A stretch of 64,000 nucleotides of DNA from Euryarchaeota archaeon TMED192 (GTDB lineage Archaea; Thermoplasmatota; Poseidoniia; Poseidoniales; Thalassarchaeaceae), in assembly GCA_002170775.2 (NCBI GenBank), contig NHIP02000014.1, positions 44,462 to 108,461 on the forward strand, read 5' to 3'. The position numbers were made by a program, and so were the translations under genes. The notes beneath the pieces are model-generated. The model was not told the origin of the DNA, searched no databases, and saw only the letters and a program-made list of their open reading frames with translations. Positions 33,135 through 43,500 of this stretch are shown here, piece after piece. Numbering within the stretch: the first letter of the stretch is position 1; every line of letters starts with the position of its first letter.

Positions 33135-34166
33135 TCATGCCCTGAACCGAGCCATGATTTCTTCATGCTTCTCCCGATCCGGCCTCAGCATGTTCGGCGG
33201 AAGGTCGCACAGGGGGATGTCCACGAGACCCTGATCCTCGTCGGCCGTCGGCATCTCGGTGTTATGGTGGAGAAGGCCCGTAACGTGCTTCTTGTCGATC
33301 TCAGCGTTGTGGAGGGCTGCGATTGCCGCAGTCGGGTTGGTGTGGTCGTATTCCGAGGATAGCGTCTCGAGTCGGAGGACGCTCCCGTCGAAGAGTTGAA
33401 CGTCCTCATACCCTCCCTCCGGGATATCCACCTCGTTGAGAGGTTGGAAGTGGTGGATGTAGTCGATACCGTGGAGTTCCTCGCCGTGGTCCTTCACATA
33501 TCCGTACGAGCTATACGATTCGTCGTTATTGGCGAAGGTCACGCAGGGGGAGATCACGTCTATTACAGCCATCCCTCTGTGACTCAGAGCAGCCTTCATC
33601 AGGGCCGTTAGCTGCTTCTTCGCACCGGAGAAGGACCGCGCGACGAATCCGCATCCGAGATTGATGGCGAGCTTGCACATATCGATCGGGGGCTGCTCGT
33701 TCGGCGCACCCTTCCGCTTCTTCGACCCCTTTTGGACAGTAGCGGAGTACTGTCCCTTGGTCAGCCCATAGACTCCATTGTTCTCTATGATGTACACCAT
33801 GTTCAGATTCCTCCTTATCGCATGGATGAACTGGCCGATGCCTATGCTGGCGGAGTCGCCGTCGCCCGATACCCCAAGATACACGAGATCCTTGTTGACC
33901 ATATTCGCACCGGTTGTGACCGAGGGCATACGACCATGGACGGTGTTGAAACCATGCGACTTCCCGAGGAAGTAGGCAGGGGTTTTGGAAGAGCAGCCTA
34001 TGCCGCTCATCTTCGCGATTCTGCTCGGGTCGATACCGTTCTCCCAGCAGGCCTGGATTATTACTCCTGAGATTTGATCGTGGCCGCAGCCAGGGCAGAG
34101 GGAGGAAGGACCACCAGTGTAGTCGCTTTTCGGAAGATCAATGACATTCAGTTTCACGGGTCTCAT
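33135..34166 (-). CDS. korB: 2-oxoacid:ferredoxin oxidoreductase, beta (TPP-binding) subunit
   Basis: CPGCGHDQI and the TPP motif GVSGDGDSASIG...NNGVYGLTKGQ. ATGA overlap with the alpha subunit gene. Confidence 0.9.
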   Translation of the reverse strand: MRPVKLNVIDLPKSDYTGGPSSLCPGCGHDQISGVIIQACWENGIDPSRIAKMSGIGCSSKTPAYFLGKSHGFNTVHGRMPSVTTGANMVNKDLVYLGVSGDGDSASIGIGQFIHAIRRNLNMVYIIENNGVYGLTKGQYSATVQKGSKKRKGAPNEQPPIDMCKLAINLGCGFVARSFSGAKKQLTALMKAALSHRGMAVIDVISPCVTFANNDESYSSYGYVKDHGEELHGIDYIHHFQPLNEVDIPEGGYEDVQLFDGSVLRLETLSSEYDHTNPTAAIAALHNAEIDKKHVTGLLHHNTEMPTADEDQGLVDIPLCDLPPNMLRPDREKHEEIMARFRA

Positions 34167-35950
34167 GGTTTCACCTCTCCAAGGGTCTCCAGAATCATAT
34201 CAGCATATATCCTTGCACGCGGAGGCATGCCATCTGAGTATGCAACGCTGGATATCCTTGAGACCAAATCGTTGGGAAGCTCCTTTCTCAAGACCCCGTA
34301 CAATTGCCCATCTCGATTAATCTCAAGCACAATGACCCTTTCATGCCTCTCGATGAAACCCGCAACATCCGGATGGATAGGCATGGCACGAATACGACAT
34401 TGACTCACCTTCAAACCGGTCTCCTCGATCATATCATCAATCTCTTGAATCGTATTCTCCATTGATCCCATGTAGATGATGCCCACATCCTGCTCTTCCT
34501 CTTCCCTCATTACTGGTGCTGGGAGATCCGCTCTGGAATTATCGATCTTCCTCTTCAAGCGCATCATCAGCTTCCTGTAAACATCTGGCTCCTCGCTGTA
34601 GACTCCGTCTTCGTCATGACCTGTCCCTCGGTATAGAATCGGGTCCAGACCCGATCCCGGCAGAGTTCTGTACGGGACCCCGTCGCCGTCGACATCTCTG
34701 TAACGGCCGTAGTTTTCAATTGCGGAAACTTGCTCTGCTGTACGTAGGACCTTGCCACGATCGATCTCTTCTGACGGATACTCGAAACCGGTACATACCC
34801 AATTGTTCATCCCGAGGTCAAGGTCTGAGAAACCGAACACTAGTGTCTGATAACGCTCGGCATACTCGAAAGCCCTCCAACCGTATTCGAAGCATTCTTC
34901 CACGGTTCCAGGTATGAGGACGATATGCTCGGTATCTCCGTGACTTGCTTCTCTCAAGAGATTGAGATCGCCCTGCTGGGTGCGTGTCGGGAGCCCCGTG
35001 GAGGGCCCGACCCTGTTCACGTCCCAAATGACTCCGGGGACCTCTGCGAAATATGCCAAGCCGATGAATTCAGACATCAGAGAGATACCCGGTCCGGAGG
35101 TGCAGGTCATTCCCCTCCCCCCGGCCCATCCTGCTCCAAGAACCATGCCTGCAGCTGCAAGCTCGTCCTCAGCCTGAACTACGGCACAGGTGGCCTCTCC
35201 GTCGCTTGTATCCCTTAATTCGGGCAACCATTGAATGATTCCCTCCGCCACCGAAGATGACGGTGTGATGGGGTACCAAGATAGCATGTTTACGCCGCCA
35301 TAAATGGATCCGAGTGCTACGGCCTCATTGCCATCCACAAGGAAGGCATTCTCGTCTTTCTCCCGCGCCTCCACGACATGGGGGCTCTCCCATTCAATCT
35401 CTTCAGCAGCTTTGGCACGTCCTTCTTCTATGGCTCTGAGATTTACTTCAACTGCTGATGACTTGCCCTTGAACTGCCTGTTCACAGCACGCTCCAGAGC
35501 ACCCTGGTCAATGCCGATTAGGTGTTGAATCACGCCGACATAGTACATATTGGCAATCATCTTGGCCATTTTGGGATTAATGCTGCGTGCGAGTTTAGTC
35601 ATTGGGAGGCCAAATGTTAGGCAGTCTTCTCTTTCAACAGGCATTTTCACGTTTTCGTTGTAAATTATGACTGTGCCAGACTCAATCTTCTCTATATCCT
35701 TGAACCAGGTATCAGGATTCATCAAGATCTGGATATTGGTCCTATCTCCCGGTGCCTGATACCCGTTGTCGGAGGCACGAATGATGAACCATGTCGGGAG
35801 GCCCGAGATATTGCTAGGGAAGAGATTCTTCCCGCTCACTGGAACGCCCATCTCGAATAATGCATTAAGCAGTATCAAATTAGATGATTGGGAACCTGTC
35901 CCATTGGCCGTTGCGACGTTGATTACGAAGTCGTTCACTGTAGCGCCCAT
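34163..35950 (-). CDS. korA: 2-oxoacid:ferredoxin oxidoreductase, alpha (fused gamma-alpha) subunit
   Basis: The N-terminus VNDFVINVATANGTGSQSSN is the gamma-domain type. The central SWYPITPSS and GAGWAGGRGMTCTSGPGISLM are the alpha-domain type. ATG 35950 gives the family-typical N-terminus. The longest ORF starts at ATG 36037. Confidence 0.9.
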   Translation of the reverse strand: MGATVNDFVINVATANGTGSQSSNLILLNALFEMGVPVSGKNLFPSNISGLPTWFIIRASDNGYQAPGDRTNIQILMNPDTWFKDIEKIESGTVIIYNENVKMPVEREDCLTFGLPMTKLARSINPKMAKMIANMYYVGVIQHLIGIDQGALERAVNRQFKGKSSAVEVNLRAIEEGRAKAAEEIEWESPHVVEAREKDENAFLVDGNEAVALGSIYGGVNMLSWYPITPSSSVAEGIIQWLPELRDTSDGEATCAVVQAEDELAAAGMVLGAGWAGGRGMTCTSGPGISLMSEFIGLAYFAEVPGVIWDVNRVGPSTGLPTRTQQGDLNLLREASHGDTEHIVLIPGTVEECFEYGWRAFEYAERYQTLVFGFSDLDLGMNNWVCTGFEYPSEEIDRGKVLRTAEQVSAIENYGRYRDVDGDGVPYRTLPGSGLDPILYRGTGHDEDGVYSEEPDVYRKLMMRLKRKIDNSRADLPAPVMREEEEQDVGIIYMGSMENTIQEIDDMIEETGLKVSQCRIRAMPIHPDVAGFIERHERVIVLEINRDGQLYGVLRKELPNDLVSRISSVAYSDGMPPRARIYADMILETLGEVKP

Positions 35951-36070
35951 GTCCGGAATACACACCTTTGCAATCGCACGCACAGCATACGAGCGGCCCT
36001 CGCTGAGGAGTGACGAACTTAGACATTCGCGTCCCATCAGTCAAACTTTCAAACTCCATGCGACCCTCAA

Positions 36071-37192
36071 ATGTATGCAAAACCCATTCATCGATTGACC
36101 CGTCAAGTTTTCAGTAAACACCTCCTCCCTAGGCCCATGCCAGCCCGCTCTAAGGTCAAGGACGCCGCGAGTAAAGCGAATACAGCATCAGAAGCCGGAG
36201 ACTATGATCTAGCTCTGAACCTGTTGAGAGATGCTTGGGATGACGATCTAAAAAAAGGAGATCAGGTTTTGCTTATCAGAACAGCGGGTATAGTCCACAT
36301 GTCCAGGGGTCAGGCGGATGAGTCCATACGACGCCAAGCATGGAAAGATGCCAGGAAGAATCTCGAAAGAGCACAGAAGCTCGATTCAGGAAATAAAGAG
36401 ACAAGAAGGCAATTGAATAACTTGATGTCGATGATGGACGAGTCAGGAATACACGTCGGCCGTGGATTTTCCATGTTCGCCAATGGCGAACCGACCCCAT
36501 TTGGACTCCTGACGATGTTCGCCTCCGGAATAATCCTCCTGGCGATATTCGGACAAGGCAGGGAAATCATCGGCAACTTTGGTGAAGGGGACTCGAATAC
36601 AGCTGCCGAGGGTGATACCGTCATCATGACGGTGAGTTACTACCCTCACCAGGGGGCCGAAAAAGTCACTGAGGATATCGAGATTCAGCTTTATCCCGAT
36701 GATGCCCCTGATCACGTTGGCAGTTTCATAGAACATGTTGAGAATGGGATGTATGATGGCACCTCATTTCACAGGGTGATTGATAATTTCATGATTCAAG
36801 GTGGCGATTTCCAAAATTCTGATGGAACTGGAGGGTATGCCTCCGGATTCTACGGGTACTGTAACGGGCAGCCGGCGACCTCCTCCCAAGACTGCTCCCC
36901 TACCAGCTATACTCTCCCTGATGAGGCGGACAACGGGCTCATGCACGAGTCATGCACAATATCGATGGCCAAGACCTCGCAAGCGAATACGGGGGGAAGC
37001 CAATTCTTCCTTATTCCGGAGGATAGTGCGCCAGACTGGTTGGACGGCAAGCACACGGTTTTCGGCTCCATAGTATCTGGCTGTGATGTTGTCACCAGTA
37101 TAAGCGAGGTCCCAACCCACGATGGAAGTGGGAATGACCCTGCAGACCGCCCGGTCAATCCAGTTGTTTTGATCTCTGCAGTCTTACGATGA
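36071..37192 (+). CDS. membrane-anchored cyclophilin-type peptidyl-prolyl isomerase with N-terminal helical (TPR-like) region
   Basis: The C-terminus has FHRVIDNFMIQGGDF, ISMAKTSQANTGGSQFFL and WLDGKHTVFG. A central TM is GLLTMFASGIILLAIFG. An alternative start is ATG 36137 (MPARSK..). Confidence 0.8.
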   Translation: MYAKPIHRLTRQVFSKHLLPRPMPARSKVKDAASKANTASEAGDYDLALNLLRDAWDDDLKKGDQVLLIRTAGIVHMSRGQADESIRRQAWKDARKNLERAQKLDSGNKETRRQLNNLMSMMDESGIHVGRGFSMFANGEPTPFGLLTMFASGIILLAIFGQGREIIGNFGEGDSNTAAEGDTVIMTVSYYPHQGAEKVTEDIEIQLYPDDAPDHVGSFIEHVENGMYDGTSFHRVIDNFMIQGGDFQNSDGTGGYASGFYGYCNGQPATSSQDCSPTSYTLPDEADNGLMHESCTISMAKTSQANTGGSQFFLIPEDSAPDWLDGKHTVFGSIVSGCDVVTSISEVPTHDGSGNDPADRPVNPVVLISAVLR

Positions 37193-37244
37193 ATACGGGT
37201 GTGAGTCGGCATCTTCAATTGCTTTAGTCATAGGGCCCTCTTCG

Positions 37245-39929
37245 ATGGTCCACGGGATACCGTTCGATGCTCTTAGGTCATTCCAGACCTCAGATGGCTC
37301 TGAAGGAAGGTTTGTTTCGATAGAATCGCTAGAGGAGAATGGCGCTTGTAGAATCCAAGATATGCCCTACACAATACGAATCTTACTGGAGGCAGCACTC
37401 AGAAGATGCGATGGCCATCTGATAACCGAAGATGACGTATTGAGGATCGCTTCATGGAAGCCTGGTGGGCATAGAGCCGAGATCCCCTACCGCCCAAGCC
37501 GTGTCCTTCTGCAGGACTTCACAGGCGTCCCCGCTGTTGTCGACATAGCCGCCATGAGGGACGCAATCGTTGAGATGGGTGGAGACCCTTCCAAAGTAAA
37601 CCCACAAGTTCCAGTTGATCTTGTCATAGATCACAGCATCCAAGTCGATGCCTCGGGATTAATACCCGATGCACTTGAACTCAATCTTGAGTTTGAATAT
37701 CGTAGAAACATGGAGCGCTACTCTTTCTTGAAGTGGGGTCAGTCATCATTTGACAACTTCAGAGCAGTACCCCCTGGGCGTGGCATCGTACACCAAGTAA
37801 ATCTTGAATGGATTGCAACCGTCGCTCGGGAGGAAGAAGGCCTATGGTTGCCAGATTCGCTAGTCGGTACCGACAGCCATACCACGATGATAAACGGGCT
37901 CGGAGTACTTGGATGGGGCGTCGGCGGAATAGAGGCAGAGGCGGTCATGCTCGGGCAGCCGATCTACATGCTTCTGCCAGAAGTGGTTGGCATGGAGCTG
38001 ACCGGTTCCCTAAGTCCGGGGGTAACTGCCACAGACATGGCCCTGCGGATTGTAGAGATGCTGAGGGGGCACGGGGTAGTCGGGCGATTCGTAGAATTCT
38101 ATGGCGAGGGTCTTGATTCACTCAGTCTTCCGGACAGGGCTACAATTGCCAACATGGCCCCTGAGTACGGTGCAACATGCGGATTCTTCCCCGCTGATTC
38201 GACCACCATGAACTATCTGAAAAATTCGGGACGCGAACAATCAATGGTGGATGATATCGAGAACTATCTTCGAGCAAATCGCCTCTTCAGAACCGAATCG
38301 GACTCCCCGCCGCTATTTACTTCCACTCTGAAACTTGATCTTTCTTCCGTTGAATCTTCATTGGCAGGGCCAAAGAGGCCTCAAGATCGAGTTGCACTTT
38401 CGGGAATGAGAGAACACTGGAGAGAATCTCTCACAGCCCCTGTGGGCCACTCGGGACACGGTGTTGATCAGAGCGATGTAAGCGCAACCCAGAATCTTTC
38501 AGATAGAGACGGAGAGTTGAGCCATGGCTCAGTCGTCATAGCAGCCATTACCAGCTGCACGAACACCAGCAATCCCTCGGTGATGGTCGCTGCTGGACTT
38601 CTTGCCAAAAATGCGGTAAACGCAGGACTATCCATCAAACCATGGGTAAAACCGAGCCTTGCCCCTGGCTCAAGAGTTGTTACAGAGTACCTCGAGGCTG
38701 CAAATCTTGACGGTGATCTAAGCATCTTGGGATTCAATACTGTTGGATATGGCTGTACAACATGCATAGGGAACTCAGGTCCATTGGATGATGATATTGA
38801 ATACGCCATAGATTCGGCCGATCTTGTAGTTGGTAGCGTGCTATCTGGAAATAGGAACTTCGAGGGACGCGTCCATGCCAAGGTGAAAGCAAACTATCTC
38901 GCAAGTCCCCCGCTGGTAGTTGCTTATGCCATAGCAGGACATCTTGATTTCGATTTCTCCACGGACCCAATGGGCCATGATTCAGAAGGAAATCCAATAA
39001 TGCTGGCCGACTTATGGCCATCAGATACCGAGATAAGCGCCGTAGTCTCGGAGTCAATAACTCCCGAGATGTACAGGGACAGATATGCGGATGTACTTAG
39101 TGAGCCCAAGTGGGAGTCTATACCAGCGACGACATCACAGCTTTACAATTGGGATCCGGATTCGACCTATGTAAGGCGCCCAACATTCCTAAGCGGCATC
39201 CCAAGAAATATCGAACCGATAGACCCCATTTTAGGGGCAAGAGCATTATTGATGCTTGATGACAGCGTTACAACGGACCATATCAGTCCCGCTGGAGCAT
39301 TCGCATCGTCTTCTTCAGCCGGCTTGTATTTGACGGACAGGGGCGTATCCCCTCGAGACTTCAACTCCTATGGCAGCAGGAGAGGCAACCATGAGGTGAT
39401 GATGAGAGGCACATTCGCGAATGTGCGTATCCGAAACATGCTAGCACCAGAAACAACGGGCGGATTCACCACGCATATGACTTCAGGAGATGTTGTATCT
39501 ATATTTGAGGCAAGCAGGAGATATCGGGATGAGGGCACTCCACTTATCGTAATTGCAGGCAGCCAATACGGTACAGGCAGCAGCAGGGATTGGGCCGCTA
39601 AGGGCCCTTTACTGCTTGGAGTCAGGGCTGTAATCGCAACCTCATTTGAACGGATTCACCGTTCAAACCTGGTGGGAATGGGCATCCTGCCCTTGACATT
39701 CGCAGAGGGGGATGATGCCTATTCCCTGGGCCTCGACGGCACTGAGTCATTTGACATACCCGCGGATATAGCCCTCGAGCCAGGTCAGAATATCCCTATT
39801 ATGGCTAGAAAAGAAGGCGGGTCAACAATACGGTTTGAGGCAGTAGTCAGGCTTGACACCCCTGTCGAGGTGGAGTATTACCGCAACGGGGGTATTCTTC
39901 AGACCGTTCTGAGGGGGCTTGCTGATTGA
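37245..39929 (+). CDS. acnA: aconitate hydratase (AcnA/IRP type)
   Basis: Cluster ligands appear in AITSCTNTSNP and GCTTCIGNSG, along with DSHTTM and the swivel-domain GSSRDWAAKG. 894 aa. Confidence 0.95.
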   Translation: MVHGIPFDALRSFQTSDGSEGRFVSIESLEENGACRIQDMPYTIRILLEAALRRCDGHLITEDDVLRIASWKPGGHRAEIPYRPSRVLLQDFTGVPAVVDIAAMRDAIVEMGGDPSKVNPQVPVDLVIDHSIQVDASGLIPDALELNLEFEYRRNMERYSFLKWGQSSFDNFRAVPPGRGIVHQVNLEWIATVAREEEGLWLPDSLVGTDSHTTMINGLGVLGWGVGGIEAEAVMLGQPIYMLLPEVVGMELTGSLSPGVTATDMALRIVEMLRGHGVVGRFVEFYGEGLDSLSLPDRATIANMAPEYGATCGFFPADSTTMNYLKNSGREQSMVDDIENYLRANRLFRTESDSPPLFTSTLKLDLSSVESSLAGPKRPQDRVALSGMREHWRESLTAPVGHSGHGVDQSDVSATQNLSDRDGELSHGSVVIAAITSCTNTSNPSVMVAAGLLAKNAVNAGLSIKPWVKPSLAPGSRVVTEYLEAANLDGDLSILGFNTVGYGCTTCIGNSGPLDDDIEYAIDSADLVVGSVLSGNRNFEGRVHAKVKANYLASPPLVVAYAIAGHLDFDFSTDPMGHDSEGNPIMLADLWPSDTEISAVVSESITPEMYRDRYADVLSEPKWESIPATTSQLYNWDPDSTYVRRPTFLSGIPRNIEPIDPILGARALLMLDDSVTTDHISPAGAFASSSSAGLYLTDRGVSPRDFNSYGSRRGNHEVMMRGTFANVRIRNMLAPETTGGFTTHMTSGDVVSIFEASRRYRDEGTPLIVIAGSQYGTGSSRDWAAKGPLLLGVRAVIATSFERIHRSNLVGMGILPLTFAEGDDAYSLGLDGTESFDIPADIALEPGQNIPIMARKEGGSTIRFEAVVRLDTPVEVEYYRNGGILQTVLRGLAD

Positions 39930-39942
39930 GGGGTGTTGTTGA

Positions 39943-40551
39943 ATGGTGAAAATGAGATTTTCTTTCAGACATGAGCCGAATGACATAGTCGCCGTTATCG
40001 AAGGACCTGAAGCTTGGGTGAAACATTTCGCCGAGCAGATAGGCCTTGATGGGGATTGCGGCTGGACGATGAAGATGAGCCAACAAGGTCAGGAATCTAA
40101 CGATGAGAAGACCTCTGAAGGACCATCATTGCTCCCCGGGCCAACTCCTGATCCATCCAAGATCCCTGCAGTAATACGAGAAATAGGCTCATTCGATCCT
40201 TCCAAGAATTTAGAATCGAATAAGCCACCACCCTTGGACGAGGAGGAGCTTCGTTCATTCATATCAGAGATGCCCGAGCCAGAAATCCCTCCCGATTCAA
40301 TATCTAACGACCCTCTCACGGAAGAATGGCTTAGATTGGTACTTGCCATCGTAGTCACGGAGCACGGAATTTCATCTATGCTGCCCGAGACTATAGCCAG
40401 CATTCTTTCAGAAAGAACAAGTCTCGACGACATTGCAGTAACAATCGCACTCAAGCGTTTGTGGGTTGCAGGGAAAGTAGATAAAATTCTTACAGAACAG
40501 GGCGAGGAGTACTCTCCTTCGCCATCTTGGATACAAGTCTACAGGGAATGA
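39943..40551 (+). CDS. hypothetical acidic cytoplasmic protein
   Basis: 202 aa with a Pro/Glu-rich middle and a helical C-terminus (IAVTIALKRLWVAGKVDKIL). Its stop forms an ATGA overlap with the giant downstream gene. No family is recognised. Confidence 0.5.
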   Translation: MVKMRFSFRHEPNDIVAVIEGPEAWVKHFAEQIGLDGDCGWTMKMSQQGQESNDEKTSEGPSLLPGPTPDPSKIPAVIREIGSFDPSKNLESNKPPPLDEEELRSFISEMPEPEIPPDSISNDPLTEEWLRLVLAIVVTEHGISSMLPETIASILSERTSLDDIAVTIALKRLWVAGKVDKILTEQGEEYSPSPSWIQVYRE

Positions 40552-43500
40552 ATCCGACAATTTTCGATGCCCAACTTGCGGCAAACAATAAGAGAGCCCT
40601 GTATCTCCGCGCTGCTATGCGCAGCGGAGCCAACGGGAAAAGAACTCAAAACAGGAGGGCTAAGGCAATCACTCTTGTAGTGATGATGGTCTCAATGACC
40701 CTCATTTCTTTCGTCCCAGCTGCAAGCGCTTCGCAGATCACCCAATACGCCGTGCAGAGAGACCCCCATTTCGTAGCAACAGGTGATCTCGACTGTGACG
40801 GAGATGACGATATCGCCGCATCGAGCAGCATGGGTTTCTACCTCACATCGATGTTCAATGACGGGGCAGGAGGCTTCCCTGACAGACAAGACATATTCAT
40901 CGCAGGAGGCGTAGGAGACTCCCAGCGACAGAGCATCTTTCAGACTGCAAACAGTCAACAGATAGAGATAGCCGATATAGATGGCGATCAGATGCCGGAT
41001 ATCGTCTACTTCCAAGAGAACGTAAGATTTGTCGGAGAGACATTCGTTCGTCCAGCGAACCTCACTGTGCTGTGGGGCGAGTGCAACATGAATACCCATC
41101 AATGGAGCCGGGATATCATCGAGATCGCATCTCATCCATTCAGCCAAGGCATGGATGTAGGGGACATTGATGATGATGGCGATGACGACATCGTACTTGC
41201 AACAATGACGCCCGATGGTGGACAGACCTACCTCGAGGTCTTTAAAGGCCCAGATCCAGGGCCTCAGGCAGACCAGACAATATTGGTGCCAGCCCCCACG
41301 TATGGGCATTATAGCTACATAGAACTCGGCCATTGGGGCGAAGATTTAGCCGAGGATCCATTTACCGGAGCCACCCTTCCCGGCGAGTGCGAGGACCTAG
41401 ATCTCTGGGTCCTCCGAACCCCCAGGTTCAACCCTGGCGCAGGTTACTCAGTTGGTAACTACGATAACATGACTGTAATCGAGTTCGATTGTGTAACTGG
41501 GCTTTATGCCGATCCTAATGTCGGAGGATCTGCAGCAGCATCAGTCCACGATTTCACACTCGACGCAGAACACGGATATGAACTTCAGATCGACGTAGAA
41601 GATACCGATGGAGATGGAATAATCGACATGGTAGCCGCAGTAGACGGGATAGAGGGCAGGGTAAGTTACGCTACTAGGAGCGGCGTAAACTCGAATTGGG
41701 ACACTCGAAATTACATCAATCTTGGAAATTACAAAGGTGCATCTATCACAATCTCGGACGTGAACGGGGATGGTAATATGGACTTCTTCGTACCAACTGA
41801 ATTGACATTAACCAGACTGCAAGACTCGTCATCCAAGAACCAGACTTACACTACAGTCGAGAACCTGAGGGAACTCAACAGTGTAGAGATCATTCTCTCA
41901 GATACTCAGGGCACGGGTTACCTGTCACCCATATCCTTTGATGTTGGAAGAAGGCCTACCGTAGCAGTACCCGCTCAACTCAAGGGGGACGACTCAACAG
42001 CACAGGAGATAATCATCGGTCAGCGCGACTATTCCTATCGCTTCTCAAGTGGGGCTATGTGGATGGATAGCTTGGGATGGCCAGGCGCGGGAGACTTCCT
42101 GTCCGTACTGACATTGGACAATCAAGACGTTGCGATCGATGGCTTGACAATCGCACCAGCTTCTACCGATCCAGCGACTGGTTCAGCACAGTTAGGTGAG
42201 GGAACAAGATTTGTGAATGTCACTCTGATGAATACCGGACTCAATCCCGTAAGCGGGTCTGTCAACCTAGACCTCGCAGTGAAGGAGGTCACGGGTGGTG
42301 CTGATACGGTAGTTTACTCAAATGATTTCGACGGCACCGTCGAGTCTTCCAACTGCTCCTCATGTACATGGGTTGGAGCATCATACACGTCAGACTTCTC
42401 TCCGGGGACGTCGTGGCATGAGGAGAGAAACTCAACCGCATTAACAGAGAATGTTTCGACTTACGAGGCAGATCACAACCCAACTAACTACATGTGGGCG
42501 GGGCTAGACTACAATGGAACTGATGAGAACAACTCCGGATACCTCAACAACATGGATGAGGCTTTCATATTGCAAAATGTAGATCTCACGGGAGCCGATG
42601 CCGCTTTCTTGGAAGCATCAATTCTTTGCAGTGTTGCATATACCAACTTGTTCCTCTCGGAACCGTATGTGGTCCAAGAACGCTGGTTGTACGAGGACTC
42701 ATGCGGGATAGAAGCCTTCTCAGAAGGAAGGGGATGGGAACGCGTATGGTTCCAAGGAGGATACGACCAAGATCGATACTTCAACCTCCTAGCATTGAAT
42801 CAGGACCCTGAATATGAGATCAAGAACTTTGCAATTTATCCATATTACATCACGGAGTGGACCAACTACTCGGAGGGAGGCTCCGAGGATAATTTAACCA
42901 ACACGGTGGAATCAATCGATCTTACGCCTTACGCCGGAGAAGTCATCGATCTCAGATTCCGCTTCAGGAGCGGGTTGTTAGGCTCTGTAGGCACTGTCGA
43001 CACATCCTATGATACAGGATTCGACGGTTTCGCATTCGACAATATAACCGTCATAAAGCGAAATACTGCGTTTGGATTAGAGCAGTCTACCTCGCAACAA
43101 GTTAACTTCCAGCCACTTGCTGCAGGTGAGAAAAGGGAAATTTCTCTTTCTGCAGATTTTATCGATAACAAGACCTACTACATCAGCACCACACTGTCCA
43201 ACTTCAATGGATTCGTCGATCAGGACCCCATTAATGATGGATTGAAGTTCCAGACTACCGTAAGGAATCTATACGATCCGGGCCTCACTGCCGACCCATT
43301 CGTCGATTTCGAACCAGGCGTAAGGTACGCTTCTGCAGAATATCCGATTGATGTCAGAGTTCAGAACTTCGGGAATACGATAGTGAATTGGACCACAGAA
43401 GCCGAGATATTCAATGCGTTACCAGATCTTACCGCTATCGAGGATTTCTCGGGTATAAACCCCATATGGACAGATGATAATGATCAGGAAGGCAAGGAAA

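Noticed and set aside
32917-33234. 105-aa + strand ORF
   Set aside because: It runs antisense through tRNA-Gln and into the 3' end of korB. It has no protein-like features (His run, low complexity).
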